From: Marispirochaeta sp.
GTDB lineage: Bacteria > Spirochaetota > Spirochaetia > JC444 > Marispirochaetaceae
Direction of reading: 5' to 3'
Assembly (NCBI GenBank): GCA_963676835.2
Contig: CAXXFF010000003.1
Location: 32,001-96,000 of the forward strand
Length of the DNA stretch: 64,000 nt
Positions 19,041-29,346 of the stretch are shown one piece after another. Position numbers and translations under genes: made by a program. How positions within the stretch are numbered: the stretch's first letter is position 1; each line of letters opens with the position of its first letter. The notes under the pieces were generated by a model. That model did not search any database, was not told where the DNA came from, and saw only the letters and a program-made list of their open reading frames with translations.

Positions 19041-22000
19041 CTATTTTTTTGTCTCAATCCAGCGCTGCATGCCCCGTCTGACCGCATCGATCAGATAGGG
19101 GCGCATTTTTGCCGGGTTGATAATATTATCTATTGAACCCACCTCCCGGGCCCGTCCGACGCTGTGAATTGAATCAAATTCTGCCCCCAGGGCAGTCTGG
19201 TATTCGTTATAAACAGTCTGATACAGCATTTCAAACTCTTTGTAGGTACAGTCACCGTTCTTGAGTTTCCTGCGTTCTTCCACTATACGCGTATCCTCTT
19301 CGGTCTGTTTTTTAACCGTTTTGGGGAACACAACCGCAGCGGCAGGAGCACCGCCGATAACTGATGCGAAAGAACCTTCCAGTGCAGCTACTTCCAGAGA
19401 CGGATTAAGCTTCTTGGAAAAAACAACATAGGCGCCGCCATGATAGCGTGCGGTTACCAGGAACACAAGCGGGCCTTTGAAGTTAACCACAGCGCGGCCT
19501 ATTTCTGCACCGTATTCAAGCTGCAGACGTCGAAGAGATTCCGGAGAGCCGTCAAAGCCGGATAAATTTGCAATAATAACAGCCGGGAGTCTTCCCGAGA
19601 AGGAATTAATACCTCTGGCAACCTTTTTTGAAGACTGCGGATACAGGGTTCCACCGCTCCAGGTATCCGGTCCATCCGGCGGAACCGCTCCGATCCGGGA
19701 AAAGCTTCGGCTTTCGATACCGATCATACCGACAGCCTGTCCTCCAAGCCGGGTTTCCCATACGAGAGCAGTGTCACCGTCTTCGAGGTTTCTCCAACGC
19801 TCAAGTATTTCACCATCCTGATCCACCAGTGCACGCATAACCTGACGCATATCAAAGGGCTTTTTCCTGTCCGGATTATTGTCAAGGCTGAAAATATCAC
19901 CGATGGTCGTAAACCCCTGCCCCAGAGAATCAGTATATGCAGTGGATGTCACATCACGGCCTTCGGAGTCTGTACTCTCCATTATCCGGGGGAAGTCCTC
20001 TCCGGGAATAACATAACTTACCCGGTAATGCTGAAAAAGAACCGCATATGCTTCGGCTATATTGGCAACCCGGATTTGTGCCTGGCCGTTGGGAAGCATG
20101 ATTTTTTCTGCTCCGCCGATATCCACATTTGTTTCTCCGGATACACTACCGGAGAAATCCAATGCACGCTTTCCGGTAAGCAGCATGGAGGCATCATCGG
20201 TCATCAGCAGAAGCCCCCTGGTATGCATAAGCATAGTTGACTCTGCATCCCAGTAAGACTGGGCACCGACATTTATCGACTGGACAATAATGTTAATTTC
20301 CCCGCCGCCCTGGGTAAATTCTATAATCCTTTTCAGGGTAGCCGCTGTCCAGTCCAGGTTTTCGGTGCCGGAATCCATGGTGATCTTGGCCCCGGAGGAG
20401 ACGGGAATCCATTCCACGGGAATCTTTTCTGTTTCCGCCATATCTATCGCGGCGTTAATTCTGCGGCATTCTCCCTCGGCAAGGCTTCCCAGATCGCTGG
20501 TGGGGTCACTGAGAATCAGCATACGCCGGTATGCGATGCCTGTTTCAGGATCGGTATTTTCTATACGCCCGATAACAACATTGCTGCTGTTATTGCCGGG
20601 ATCCCTGCCTTTAACCGAGAACATTCGGGTTGCACCATTGCTCTCAACTTCAATATCAAACTCTTCAAACTCTCCCCGGGGAACACCCTGCTGAAGGGGG
20701 AAGCCGGCATGAGTCAGCATTTTAATCAGTTCATACGGGTAGATCTGGTTTCGCTGACGGGCCCGTACAACCTTTGAACCATAGGCATCAAGGGTTGTGA
20801 GAGGCACACCGGAAGGCTTTCGGCTGCGCAGGGTAAACTGATCCTGGGTTAAATTATGAAAAATCAGTTCGTGTTCCCGGATTGTCTCTTCTCTCCAGCG
20901 TTTCCGCCGTGTATAAACCACCATTTTTTCAAGGCCCAGACCGGCAGTTCGTGGCACAAGATTAAGTCCGAAATCCCGCAGCTGCATGAGCTTAAGCCCG
21001 AGGAGTGACCGGTTATAGATAATAATCCGGTTCCATTGCAGCCGGAAACGGTATCCCTGCTGCACTGCTCTCATGGCGGATACAGCTTCCATAAAAACCT
21101 GTTCGAAGCGGACCATGCGGGTAAGGTCGCTCATGGAGGAAAGTTCAGGATCTGTTTCCGATGTAGACGCCAGGGCAAACAGGCGCATATCTTTTGCATT
21201 TTCCCGGGCGGTTCCTTCCAGCACGGTAACATTCTCAGTTCTGGAAACAAGTTTCAGATGAAAGCCTTTAAGCCGCGCCACCCGCAGTTCGCGATATTCC
21301 AGAGGGCTGAAAGAAAACGCCTCTTCCCATTCTTTCCAATCCCCATCTTCATTGTGGTAGGTTGTGTAACTGGGGTAATCACTCTCCCCATATACACCGA
21401 TGGAAAGAAAGCGGCAGCTGAAAGGCGCAATAATCTTAATAACCTTACCGGCGTCTGCATCAAAAGGAAGCAGCAGAATAAACTCGCAGGTTTCGCTGCT
21501 GTATTTCCCTGCAGCAGTTTTAAGCAGACTTTCAACATCTGCTTTTTGATCAGCAATAATTATTACCGCATTGTCTTTATCCGGGAATTCCGCAGCGGCA
21601 CCGGCACTGTCTCCATCAAGATTCAGAATTTCTATTGATGAAACATCCCGGTCACGGTTCAGGTACTTTGTTACTATCTGAGCAAGAATATCCTTGTTTA
21701 TGCTGGATTTTTCTGCCCGGAGAAGATCAACCAAAACCGCAGGGGGAAGCTCAAGTATGGCATCGATCTTATTGTCCAGATCGTCAATACATCCGCTGCA
21801 GCTCTCTTTAATAAGGGTCCCCACTGAGGTGCGCTGTTTGTCCCGCTGCTGAGAGAGGTGAGCTTTATCCAGCAGAATATAGCGTGCATGCAGTGCAGCA
21901 TCTGCCAGATTCGGATGATTAACAATACTGATACGTACAATTTCATTAACCAGCAGGGGGAAGTTTTCATTAAGGACAGAATCATCCCCCGCTTCCTCAA

Positions 22001-24542
22001 GAAAAAGCAGAAGTTCCCGTGCGGCTGCAGCCTTCCCCTTAACTGCGTTATGGGATCGGTAAATATGAAACAGCAGCTGGTCGATATCGTCGTTTATCCC
22101 AGCTTTGCGATAGTTTTCAATAACCCTTTCCATGGCCTGAATAAACGGAGCAGGAAGACCTTTTTCCCTGTCGGTTTTTCTCAAAGCATAATGGGTAAGC
22201 AGCTCGGTAAAGCTGTGAGGACGACCGCCTCCGGTTCCGTCATCTATCTCACTGCTGCTGAAGAGTCCTTCCACGGCACAGAACTTCTCAAGAGCCCTTG
22301 AAGTGAGGTCCGTCAGGCGCTGTTTGAAATCTTCGCTGTCATTTTTTAATGATCTCAGGCGATTGATAATCTGAACCGGCGCGTCACCGGTATCAAAACC
22401 AAGAAACAGCGCGCGAATCTCGTAGCCGATTCTCTGCCAGAGCTCTTCATCCGAAGGAGCTTTCTGGTCAAATGTAACCCGGGTTTCAACAACCTCATCA
22501 ACAGCCTCTTCTTTCCCGTCTTCCTCTTCTTCCAGACGAATAAGAGACTGCCCCGCCGCGACCTGGGAACCAGGTCCTGCAAGTATGTCTGCCACAACTC
22601 CGTCACCGGGAGCTTCAATGAGCATCTCCATCTTCATGGCTTCAAGAACAAGCAGAACATCGCCTTTTTTTACACTGTCTCCGGGCTTTACCGGAATGGA
22701 CAAAATAATTGCAGGGGAAGGAGATTTAACAAAACCACGGGATTCCTGCTCAAGGAGAAAAGGTACGCCGTTTATTTCGCACTGAAGAGCGTCTCCACGA
22801 TGAACCAGCAGAAAGCGGTAGCGCTTGTTATTGTATTCAAGCACACCCTCTTCCTCTAAGGAACAGCGGTAATGACAGACGATAAACTGATCGTCCACCC
22901 CTATATGGTACCGTTCACCACCGACATGATACACCTCGAGCTGATATGAGGTTCCCCCCAGAGTCAGAGAGACCTCCTGAGGGCTGTTCCTGGGCATAGT
23001 CCGGGGCTTTCCTACACTGGAAAGATCGTACAGAAAGTTAACCCTGCTTTCATCAAGCTGCTTCAATGCAACTGTTACAGCACCGGCAATAAGCGCCGCC
23101 CGGAAATCCTCTTCTGGCGGGCGGGTAATCCCCCGCTGCAGAAGCTCAGCCACAAATCCGGTGGAAACACCGCCGGCTATAATCTCTTCCTGATCCAGAA
23201 GCTGCCTGAGAAAGGAACGGTTTGTTGTTCCGTTTTCTATACGGATGGTGCATTCATCAAGTGCCCGCTTAAGCCGAGCCATGGCTTCCTGCCGGTTTCG
23301 GCCCCGGGCAATAATCTTGGCGACCATGGAATCAAACTCGGGAGGGATTTCCGCACCGGTTTCGATTCCCGAATCAACTCTGATTCCCGGTCCTGCAGGT
23401 GATCTGAACAGATCAACTCCACCGGGTGCAGGGGAGAATTCCCTGCCTGGATCCTCGGCATTGAGTCGTACTTCCATAACATGTCCACGGGGAAATGCAT
23501 CTGAAAGATCGACTTCCAGTCCCGCGGCAACTTCTATCTGACCTGTAACCAGGTCGATCCCGTACAGTTCTTCAGTAATCGGATGTTCAACCTGAAGCCT
23601 GGTATTAACTTCCATAAAGAAGTAGCGGTCGGAATCGAGATCATACAGATATTCAACCGTACCGGCGCCTACATAATCTGCGGCATTGATAAGCCTGGCG
23701 GCAGCCTCCTGCATGGCCAGAATTTTCTCTTCCGGTAATCCGGGAGGTGGAGTTTCTTCTATTATCTTCTGATTTCGCCGCTGAACAGAGCAGTCCCGGA
23801 CACCAAAGGTGTTTACATGTCCATGACTGTCTGCAAGTACCTGTACCTCAAGGTGTCTACCTCGTTGTACCAGATGTTCAATGAAGACTGTTCTGGTACC
23901 GGTTATTCGCAGGGTTTCATCCACAGCTGAATTATACTGGGCCTTCAGTTCTTCCGGTGTAAGGACAAAACGGATGCCCCTGCCACCGCCGGCATTTGAA
24001 GCTTTTACGATAACCGGGTAACCGATTGCATTGGATACCTTCTCCGCATCCTCTATGGTCTCAACAGGTCCCTTACTCCAGGGGAGAATGGGAACATCCG
24101 CTGATTCAGCAAGGTCTTTTGCTGCGATTTTGTCACCCAGCAAAGCCATTGCCTTACTGGAAGGTCCCAGAAAGACCAGCCCCTTTGCTTCAGTTTTTTC
24201 TGCAAAAACCGAGTCTTCCGAGACAAATCCCCATCCCACCCATAAAGCATCACATCCGCCTTTTTCGAGGGCCGATATAATAAGTTCATGATCGAGATAA
24301 GGCGTAGATGCAGTTCCGGGAAATGCCTGAAGATCTTCAAAACATACACGGTCATCCGCATTTTTGACAAACGGTGACTGTTCTTCTTTTGCATTATAAA
24401 TAGCCACAGCTTCAATACTGGTGCCGTAGCGGGAGTTATACTCCCTTACTCCTCTGATAAAGCGTAAAGCAGCTTCACCGCGGTTTACTATTCCTATTCT
24501 GGAATCTGATTTCAAAACTGGAAGTGCAGTTTGGGGTGCCAA
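19041..24542 (-). CDS. Single-chain multidomain acetyl/acyl-CoA carboxylase (BC, BCCP, central region, CT)
   Basis: NRGE, GGGRGIR, RDCSVQRRNQK and EVNTRLQVEHP (BC); EAMKM biotinylation site; C-terminal carboxyltransferase; TTG start with GAGGAGG RBS. Confidence 0.92.
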   Translation of the reverse strand: MAPQTALPVLKSDSRIGIVNRGEAALRFIRGVREYNSRYGTSIEAVAIYNAKEEQSPFVKNADDRVCFEDLQAFPGTASTPYLDHELIISALEKGGCDALWVGWGFVSEDSVFAEKTEAKGLVFLGPSSKAMALLGDKIAAKDLAESADVPILPWSKGPVETIEDAEKVSNAIGYPVIVKASNAGGGRGIRFVLTPEELKAQYNSAVDETLRITGTRTVFIEHLVQRGRHLEVQVLADSHGHVNTFGVRDCSVQRRNQKIIEETPPPGLPEEKILAMQEAAARLINAADYVGAGTVEYLYDLDSDRYFFMEVNTRLQVEHPITEELYGIDLVTGQIEVAAGLEVDLSDAFPRGHVMEVRLNAEDPGREFSPAPGGVDLFRSPAGPGIRVDSGIETGAEIPPEFDSMVAKIIARGRNRQEAMARLKRALDECTIRIENGTTNRSFLRQLLDQEEIIAGGVSTGFVAELLQRGITRPPEEDFRAALIAGAVTVALKQLDESRVNFLYDLSSVGKPRTMPRNSPQEVSLTLGGTSYQLEVYHVGGERYHIGVDDQFIVCHYRCSLEEEGVLEYNNKRYRFLLVHRGDALQCEINGVPFLLEQESRGFVKSPSPAIILSIPVKPGDSVKKGDVLLVLEAMKMEMLIEAPGDGVVADILAGPGSQVAAGQSLIRLEEEEDGKEEAVDEVVETRVTFDQKAPSDEELWQRIGYEIRALFLGFDTGDAPVQIINRLRSLKNDSEDFKQRLTDLTSRALEKFCAVEGLFSSSEIDDGTGGGRPHSFTELLTHYALRKTDREKGLPAPFIQAMERVIENYRKAGINDDIDQLLFHIYRSHNAVKGKAAAARELLLFLEEAGDDSVLNENFPLLVNEIVRISIVNHPNLADAALHARYILLDKAHLSQQRDKQRTSVGTLIKESCSGCIDDLDNKIDAILELPPAVLVDLLRAEKSSINKDILAQIVTKYLNRDRDVSSIEILNLDGDSAGAAAEFPDKDNAVIIIADQKADVESLLKTAAGKYSSETCEFILLLPFDADAGKVIKIIAPFSCRFLSIGVYGESDYPSYTTYHNEDGDWKEWEEAFSFSPLEYRELRVARLKGFHLKLVSRTENVTVLEGTARENAKDMRLFALASTSETDPELSSMSDLTRMVRFEQVFMEAVSAMRAVQQGYRFRLQWNRIIIYNRSLLGLKLMQLRDFGLNLVPRTAGLGLEKMVVYTRRKRWREETIREHELIFHNLTQDQFTLRSRKPSGVPLTTLDAYGSKVVRARQRNQIYPYELIKMLTHAGFPLQQGVPRGEFEEFDIEVESNGATRMFSVKGRDPGNNSSNVVIGRIENTDPETGIAYRRMLILSDPTSDLGSLAEGECRRINAAIDMAETEKIPVEWIPVSSGAKITMDSGTENLDWTAATLKRIIEFTQGGGEINIIVQSINVGAQSYWDAESTMLMHTRGLLLMTDDASMLLTGKRALDFSGSVSGETNVDIGGAEKIMLPNGQAQIRVANIAEAYAVLFQHYRVSYVIPGEDFPRIMESTDSEGRDVTSTAYTDSLGQGFTTIGDIFSLDNNPDRKKPFDMRQVMRALVDQDGEILERWRNLEDGDTALVWETRLGGQAVGMIGIESRSFSRIGAVPPDGPDTWSGGTLYPQSSKKVARGINSFSGRLPAVIIANLSGFDGSPESLRRLQLEYGAEIGRAVVNFKGPLVFLVTARYHGGAYVVFSKKLNPSLEVAALEGSFASVIGGAPAAAVVFPKTVKKQTEEDTRIVEERRKLKNGDCTYKEFEMLYQTVYNEYQTALGAEFDSIHSVGRAREVGSIDNIINPAKMRPYLIDAVRRGMQRWIETKK

Positions 24543-24814
24543 AGGGTCGCCTCCTCATGCAGCGTTGTGTCGGCCACTGGCCGCATCGAGTGAAAAAAAG
24601 ATCACACGAGTATACCTATTCTACACGGCATGGTGAAGGCCCAGCAATAGCCAATTTATGCTTAAAAGAGTACGAATATTTAACCATTTTAGAGTTTATG
24701 GACATAAGGTGTCTGTATTGCCAGACACTCGGCTTGACTTAATCCTTCATTCTTGAGTACACAGACATAATCCTTTTAACCTGTATGGTTTAAGGATGGT
24801 TTTTGGGAGGATGG

Positions 24815-25798
24815 ATGAACGCTACTATCAGATCAGTCGGGGCTTACCTGCCTGCAGAGAGGGTAACCAACGACGATTTGGCCGCACGTATAGATACATC
24901 TGATGAATGGATACGCAGTCATACAGGTATCGGCGCCCGCCACATAGCAGGAAATGACGAAACAACATCAGAAATGGCAGTAAAAGCGGCCCTGAATGCA
25001 TTGGAAAATGGTGGCGTTTCACCTGATGAGATCGATATGGTCATAGTTGCAACAAGCACACCCGATTACACCGGCTTTCCTTCTACAGCGAGTATTGTCC
25101 AGGACCGGATCGGGGCGACATCCTGCGGAGCATTTGATCTGGGAGCCGCCTGCACCGGATTTGTTTATGCCATGGAGGCCGGCCGAGGGCTTATTGCAGG
25201 CGGCAGTTTCCGTAATGTTCTTGTTATAGGGGCTGAGAAAATGTCCGCCATGCTCAACTGGGAAGACCGCAGCACCTGTGTTCTATTCGGAGACGGCGCG
25301 GGGGCAGTTCTCCTTACTCCCGCCGACGATAATGCCGGGGTTCTCTCCTCCCGCCTGCTTTCCGACGGCAGCGGAGACGATGCACTTATTATACGTGCCG
25401 GAGGCGTCAAGATGCCCCTTAGAGGATGCAGTGAGGTTTCCAAAGAAGATATGTATATAGCCATGGACGGACGCAGGGTTTACAACTTTGCTGTCCAGGC
25501 TAATACGGAGCTTTTCAAAACCCTGCTTGCCGACGCAGACATTGAAATTGACCAGGTTAAATATATTGTTCCCCACCAGGCGAATGTTAAAATCATCAAG
25601 GCTGCGGCAAAACGGGCACGGATTCCTCTGGAAAAGTTCTATATAAACATAGAGGAGTATGCCAATACTTCCGCTGCTTCCATACCAATTGCCCTTAACG
25701 ATCTCTGGAGCAGAAAAGAGCTGAATAAGGGAGATATCATAATGATTGTCGGCTTCGGAGCCGGTTTGACCTATGGTGGTCAGCTTATTCGTTTGTAA
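24815..25798 (+). CDS. fabH: Beta-ketoacyl-ACP synthase III
   Basis: DTSDEWI, AACTGF, LFGDGAGA, PHQAN, NTSAAS; start refined using the GGAGG RBS. Confidence 0.95.
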   Translation: MNATIRSVGAYLPAERVTNDDLAARIDTSDEWIRSHTGIGARHIAGNDETTSEMAVKAALNALENGGVSPDEIDMVIVATSTPDYTGFPSTASIVQDRIGATSCGAFDLGAACTGFVYAMEAGRGLIAGGSFRNVLVIGAEKMSAMLNWEDRSTCVLFGDGAGAVLLTPADDNAGVLSSRLLSDGSGDDALIIRAGGVKMPLRGCSEVSKEDMYIAMDGRRVYNFAVQANTELFKTLLADADIEIDQVKYIVPHQANVKIIKAAAKRARIPLEKFYINIEEYANTSAASIPIALNDLWSRKELNKGDIIMIVGFGAGLTYGGQLIRL

Positions 25799-25867
25799 AT
25801 GTTTATATGTGTCCCCGGTTCAGTCGGTTCTTGACCGATAAAAACAGGGCATGATAAGGTCGCAGGA

Positions 25868-26818
25868 ATGGCAAATAACAACAGTAAAATCTGCTTTCTC
25901 TTTCCCGGACAGGGAGCCCAGTACAAGGGAATGGGAAAGGATATGTATGACAAAAGCCCGGCAGTACAGGAGCTTTTTACAAAAGCAAGTGACCTGACCG
26001 GTATTGATGTTCCCAATCTGCTCTTTGAGGCGGATGAAGAAGAACTGAAAAAAACAGAAAACACTCAGGTGGCAATAACGGCGGTAAATCTTGCAGCCTG
26101 GAAACTTCTGCAGGAAGCGGGTATTTCTCCGGCACTGGCCGCAGGATTCAGTCTGGGCGAGTTCAGTGCACTTGTAGCTGCGGGAGTAATATCTGAAGAA
26201 ACAGTATTTCCCATGGTAAAAGAGCGCGGTCTTATTATGGCAAAGGTTGCAGACAAGCTGTCAGCAGGGGGTAACGGCCCCGGAATGGCTGCGGTTATGG
26301 GTCTTGAGCCCGAAAAAGTGCAGGAACTCTGTGAAGCATCAGGGCTTGAACTCTATGCCGCCAACTTCAACAGCTCCGTACAGACAGTTGTTGCAGGTAC
26401 CTTTGATGCCTTAACCAGGGGTAAAGAATATTTCAGTGAAAACGGCGCAAAACGCTGGATCCCCTTAAAAGTATCCGGTCCTTTTCACTCCCCCCTTCTG
26501 AAAGAGGCACGGGAGGAGTTCAGTTCCATTGTTGATGCAGCCGATTTTGCTGATCCGCTTATCTCCCTTATCTCTAATGTTTCCGGCAAAGCTGTCAAAA
26601 ACGGTGAAGAGGCCAAAAAGCTCTGTATTGAGCAGGTTACCTCGCCGGTCCGCTGGACCACCGAAGAAGAAACAGTTCTTTCCCTGGGAGCTTCCGCCTG
26701 TATTGAAGCGGGCCCCGGAAAAGTTTTAACCGGACTTTGGAAAAAAACAGACTATACTATACCCTGTTATCCGGCTGGAACCATTGAAGAAATAAACGCT
26801 GCAGCAGCAGAACTGTAG
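25868..26818 (+). CDS. fabD: Malonyl-CoA:ACP transacylase
   Basis: FPGQGAQ, GFSLGE, SGPFHS, SPVRW. Confidence 0.95.
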   Translation: MANNNSKICFLFPGQGAQYKGMGKDMYDKSPAVQELFTKASDLTGIDVPNLLFEADEEELKKTENTQVAITAVNLAAWKLLQEAGISPALAAGFSLGEFSALVAAGVISEETVFPMVKERGLIMAKVADKLSAGGNGPGMAAVMGLEPEKVQELCEASGLELYAANFNSSVQTVVAGTFDALTRGKEYFSENGAKRWIPLKVSGPFHSPLLKEAREEFSSIVDAADFADPLISLISNVSGKAVKNGEEAKKLCIEQVTSPVRWTTEEETVLSLGASACIEAGPGKVLTGLWKKTDYTIPCYPAGTIEEINAAAAEL

Positions 26819-26912
26819 ACTTTTTCCTGCGGGACATATTGCCCGCACAACATATTTCCCGACGGCATACGCCGTCTCTATTTTATAAGGATAATTATTA
26901 CTGGAGGAAACT

Positions 26913-27653
26913 ATGCTTCTTGAAGGAAAAAAAGCCCTTGTAACCGGCGGTGCACAGGGTATCGGAAAAGAAATTGTCATGAAATTACTGTCTGAAGGCG
27001 CTTCAGTTCACTACTGTGACCTGAACGAAGGACCTTTCAAGGCAGAGATGGATGCTGCCTGCAAGGGTGACGCGGTTGCCGTTTTTCATAAGGCAAACAT
27101 CACCGATGAGGCTGAAGTCAAAGAGCTGATCAAAGAGATCACCGCTGACGGCAAGCTGGATATTCTTGTTAATAACGCGGGTATAACCCGGGACGGAATG
27201 GTTTTCCGCATGAGCCTCGACCAGTGGGAATCCGTACTGAAGGTAAACCTTACCGGAGCCTTCCTGGTTGCCAGGGAAGCATCAGCCTTTATGGCAATGA
27301 AACAGAAATCAGGAGCTATCATCAATATGGCTTCCGTTGTAGGCCAGATGGGTAATGCCGGACAGACAAACTACTCTGCATCCAAAGCAGGACTGATCGG
27401 CTTTACAAAATCCCTGGCAAAAGAGGTATCCAAACGTAATGTTCGGGTAAATGCCATTGCCCCGGGATTCATCGAAACAGCCATGACCGACAAACTTACG
27501 GATGAAGTAAAAGCTGATTATGCCCGTGCCATACCTCTTGGACGCATGGGATCTCCTGAAGATATCGCCAACGCCGTACTCTATCTTGCCAGTGATCTTT
27601 CCAACTACATCACCGGCCAGGTAATCCGCGTAGACGGCGGACTGATAATGTAA
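26913..27653 (+). CDS. fabG: 3-oxoacyl-ACP reductase
   Basis: NNAGITRD, GNAGQTNYSASK, APGFIET; fab operon context. Confidence 0.95.
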   Translation: MLLEGKKALVTGGAQGIGKEIVMKLLSEGASVHYCDLNEGPFKAEMDAACKGDAVAVFHKANITDEAEVKELIKEITADGKLDILVNNAGITRDGMVFRMSLDQWESVLKVNLTGAFLVAREASAFMAMKQKSGAIINMASVVGQMGNAGQTNYSASKAGLIGFTKSLAKEVSKRNVRVNAIAPGFIETAMTDKLTDEVKADYARAIPLGRMGSPEDIANAVLYLASDLSNYITGQVIRVDGGLIM

Positions 27654-27671
27654 CTTCCGGGAGGATTTCTG

Positions 27672-28919
27672 ATGGAACGAAGACGAGTCGTAATTACCGG
27701 ACTTGGTACGGTTAACTCTCTGGGGCTTGATATTACAAGTACCTGGGAAGCCGTAAAAGCCGGTAAAAGCGGAATAGGCCCCATTACCCTTTTTGATACA
27801 ACAGATTTCACCTGCCGTGTGGCGGGTGAAGTAAAAAACTTTGACCCTTCTGTCTGGATGGAGAAGAAAGAAGCAAGAAAACTGGCCAGATTCACCCAGT
27901 TTGCCATGGCCGGATCAGCCCAGGCCCTGGATGATTCAGGACTGCTTTCATCTGCATACGATTCCGACAGAGTGGGTGTAATCCTGGGTAACGGAATCGG
28001 CGGCTATGAGGTAACCGAGGAAGGTATCCGGCAGCTTGCAGAAAAAGGTCCACGGGCGGTGGCTCCCATGTCTATCCCCAAGCTGATTATCAACGAAGGG
28101 CCCGCAAATGTTTCGATAAAATTCGGTTTTCACGGACCCTGCTACGCCTTGGTTACGGCCTGTACTTCAGGTACCGACGCCATGGGTGCTGCCCTGAATG
28201 CAATCCGCAGCGGACAGATAGATGTTGCCGTAACAGGTGGTATGGAAGCTGCGATTACCCCCTTCGGCATTGCAGGTTTCCAGAAACTGACAGCCCTTTC
28301 CACCAACTTTAATGATACCCCGGAAAAAGCCAGCCGTCCTTTTGATAAGGACCGGGACGGTTTTGTAATGGGCGAAGGTGCCGGAATTCTGGTTATAGAA
28401 GAGCTGAGTCACGCCCTTAAAAGAGGGGCAAAAATCTACGCTGAACTTGCAGGCTACGGAATGAGCTGTGATGCATATCACCTTACCAGCCCGGATTCTA
28501 CCGGTACCGGCCCCTCCAAGGCCATGAAGTGGGCAATGCAGGATGCTGGTGTAGAACCGGAACAGGTTGATTATCTGAATGCACACGGTACTTCTACCCC
28601 CACCAACGACCCCCTTGAGACTATGGCGGTTAAAAAGGCCTTTGGTGATCATGCATCTAAACTGCCCATCTCATCAACCAAGTCAATGACTGCCCATATG
28701 ATAGGCGGCGCTGGCGGTATGGAAGCTATTCTTTCCATTCTTGCCATGAAAGACGGATATATTCCCCCCACTATCAACCTCGATGAACCCGACGAAGCAT
28801 GTGATCTCGATTATGTGCCGAACCAGGGCCGCAAGGCTGATCTTAAAGTCGTCATGTCCGACAACCTCGGTTTCGGTGGTCATAACGGCGTAGTAATTTT
28901 CAAGAAATTTGAGGAGTAG
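27672..28919 (+). CDS. fabF: Beta-ketoacyl-ACP synthase II
   Basis: TACTSG, SRPFDKDRDGFVMGEG, NAHGTST, GFGGHN. Confidence 0.95.
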   Translation: MERRRVVITGLGTVNSLGLDITSTWEAVKAGKSGIGPITLFDTTDFTCRVAGEVKNFDPSVWMEKKEARKLARFTQFAMAGSAQALDDSGLLSSAYDSDRVGVILGNGIGGYEVTEEGIRQLAEKGPRAVAPMSIPKLIINEGPANVSIKFGFHGPCYALVTACTSGTDAMGAALNAIRSGQIDVAVTGGMEAAITPFGIAGFQKLTALSTNFNDTPEKASRPFDKDRDGFVMGEGAGILVIEELSHALKRGAKIYAELAGYGMSCDAYHLTSPDSTGTGPSKAMKWAMQDAGVEPEQVDYLNAHGTSTPTNDPLETMAVKKAFGDHASKLPISSTKSMTAHMIGGAGGMEAILSILAMKDGYIPPTINLDEPDEACDLDYVPNQGRKADLKVVMSDNLGFGGHNGVVIFKKFEE

Positions 28920-28923
28920 TAAA

Positions 28924-29346
28924 ATGAGAGATATCAAGGAACTTTTACCCCACCGGAAACCTTTTCTTTTTGTGGATGAACTTCTTGAAGTAAGTGAAGA
29001 GAAAATTGTCGGTACCCGCAAATATGTCAAGGAAGAGTTCTTTTTCCCCGGACATTTCCCTGAGTATCCTGTTGTCCCCGGAGTAATCCTGGTGGAAACC
29101 ATGGCTCAGTGCGGCGGTGCCGGAGTTCGCGAGCTGGGAACATTGAGTGATGATGCCCTGTTTTTTCTTGCAGCTGTAGAAAAAGCGAAGTTCCGCCGTC
29201 AGGTACGTCCCGATGAAACCATTCGTATGGAAATTACCAACAACCGGCTCTCACCGAGAATGATTAAACAGAGCGGTAAATGCTATGTCGGCGAAGAACT
29301 CGCCTGTGAAGCATCCTGGACCTGTATGGTAGGCTCCAAGTCATGA
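28924..29346 (+). CDS. fabZ: 3-hydroxyacyl-ACP dehydratase
   Basis: LPHRKPFLFVD, GHFPEYPVVPGVILVETMAQ. Confidence 0.93.
   Translation: MRDIKELLPHRKPFLFVDELLEVSEEKIVGTRKYVKEEFFFPGHFPEYPVVPGVILVETMAQCGGAGVRELGTLSDDALFFLAAVEKAKFRRQVRPDETIRMEITNNRLSPRMIKQSGKCYVGEELACEASWTCMVGSKS

Noticed and set aside
24543..24814. Short palindromes in the ACC-fabH divergent region as a fatty-acid regulator operator
   Set aside because: The repeats (CGGCCA-c-TGGCCG; ATCCTT...AAGGAT) are short, not repeated, and there is no adjacent regulator gene.
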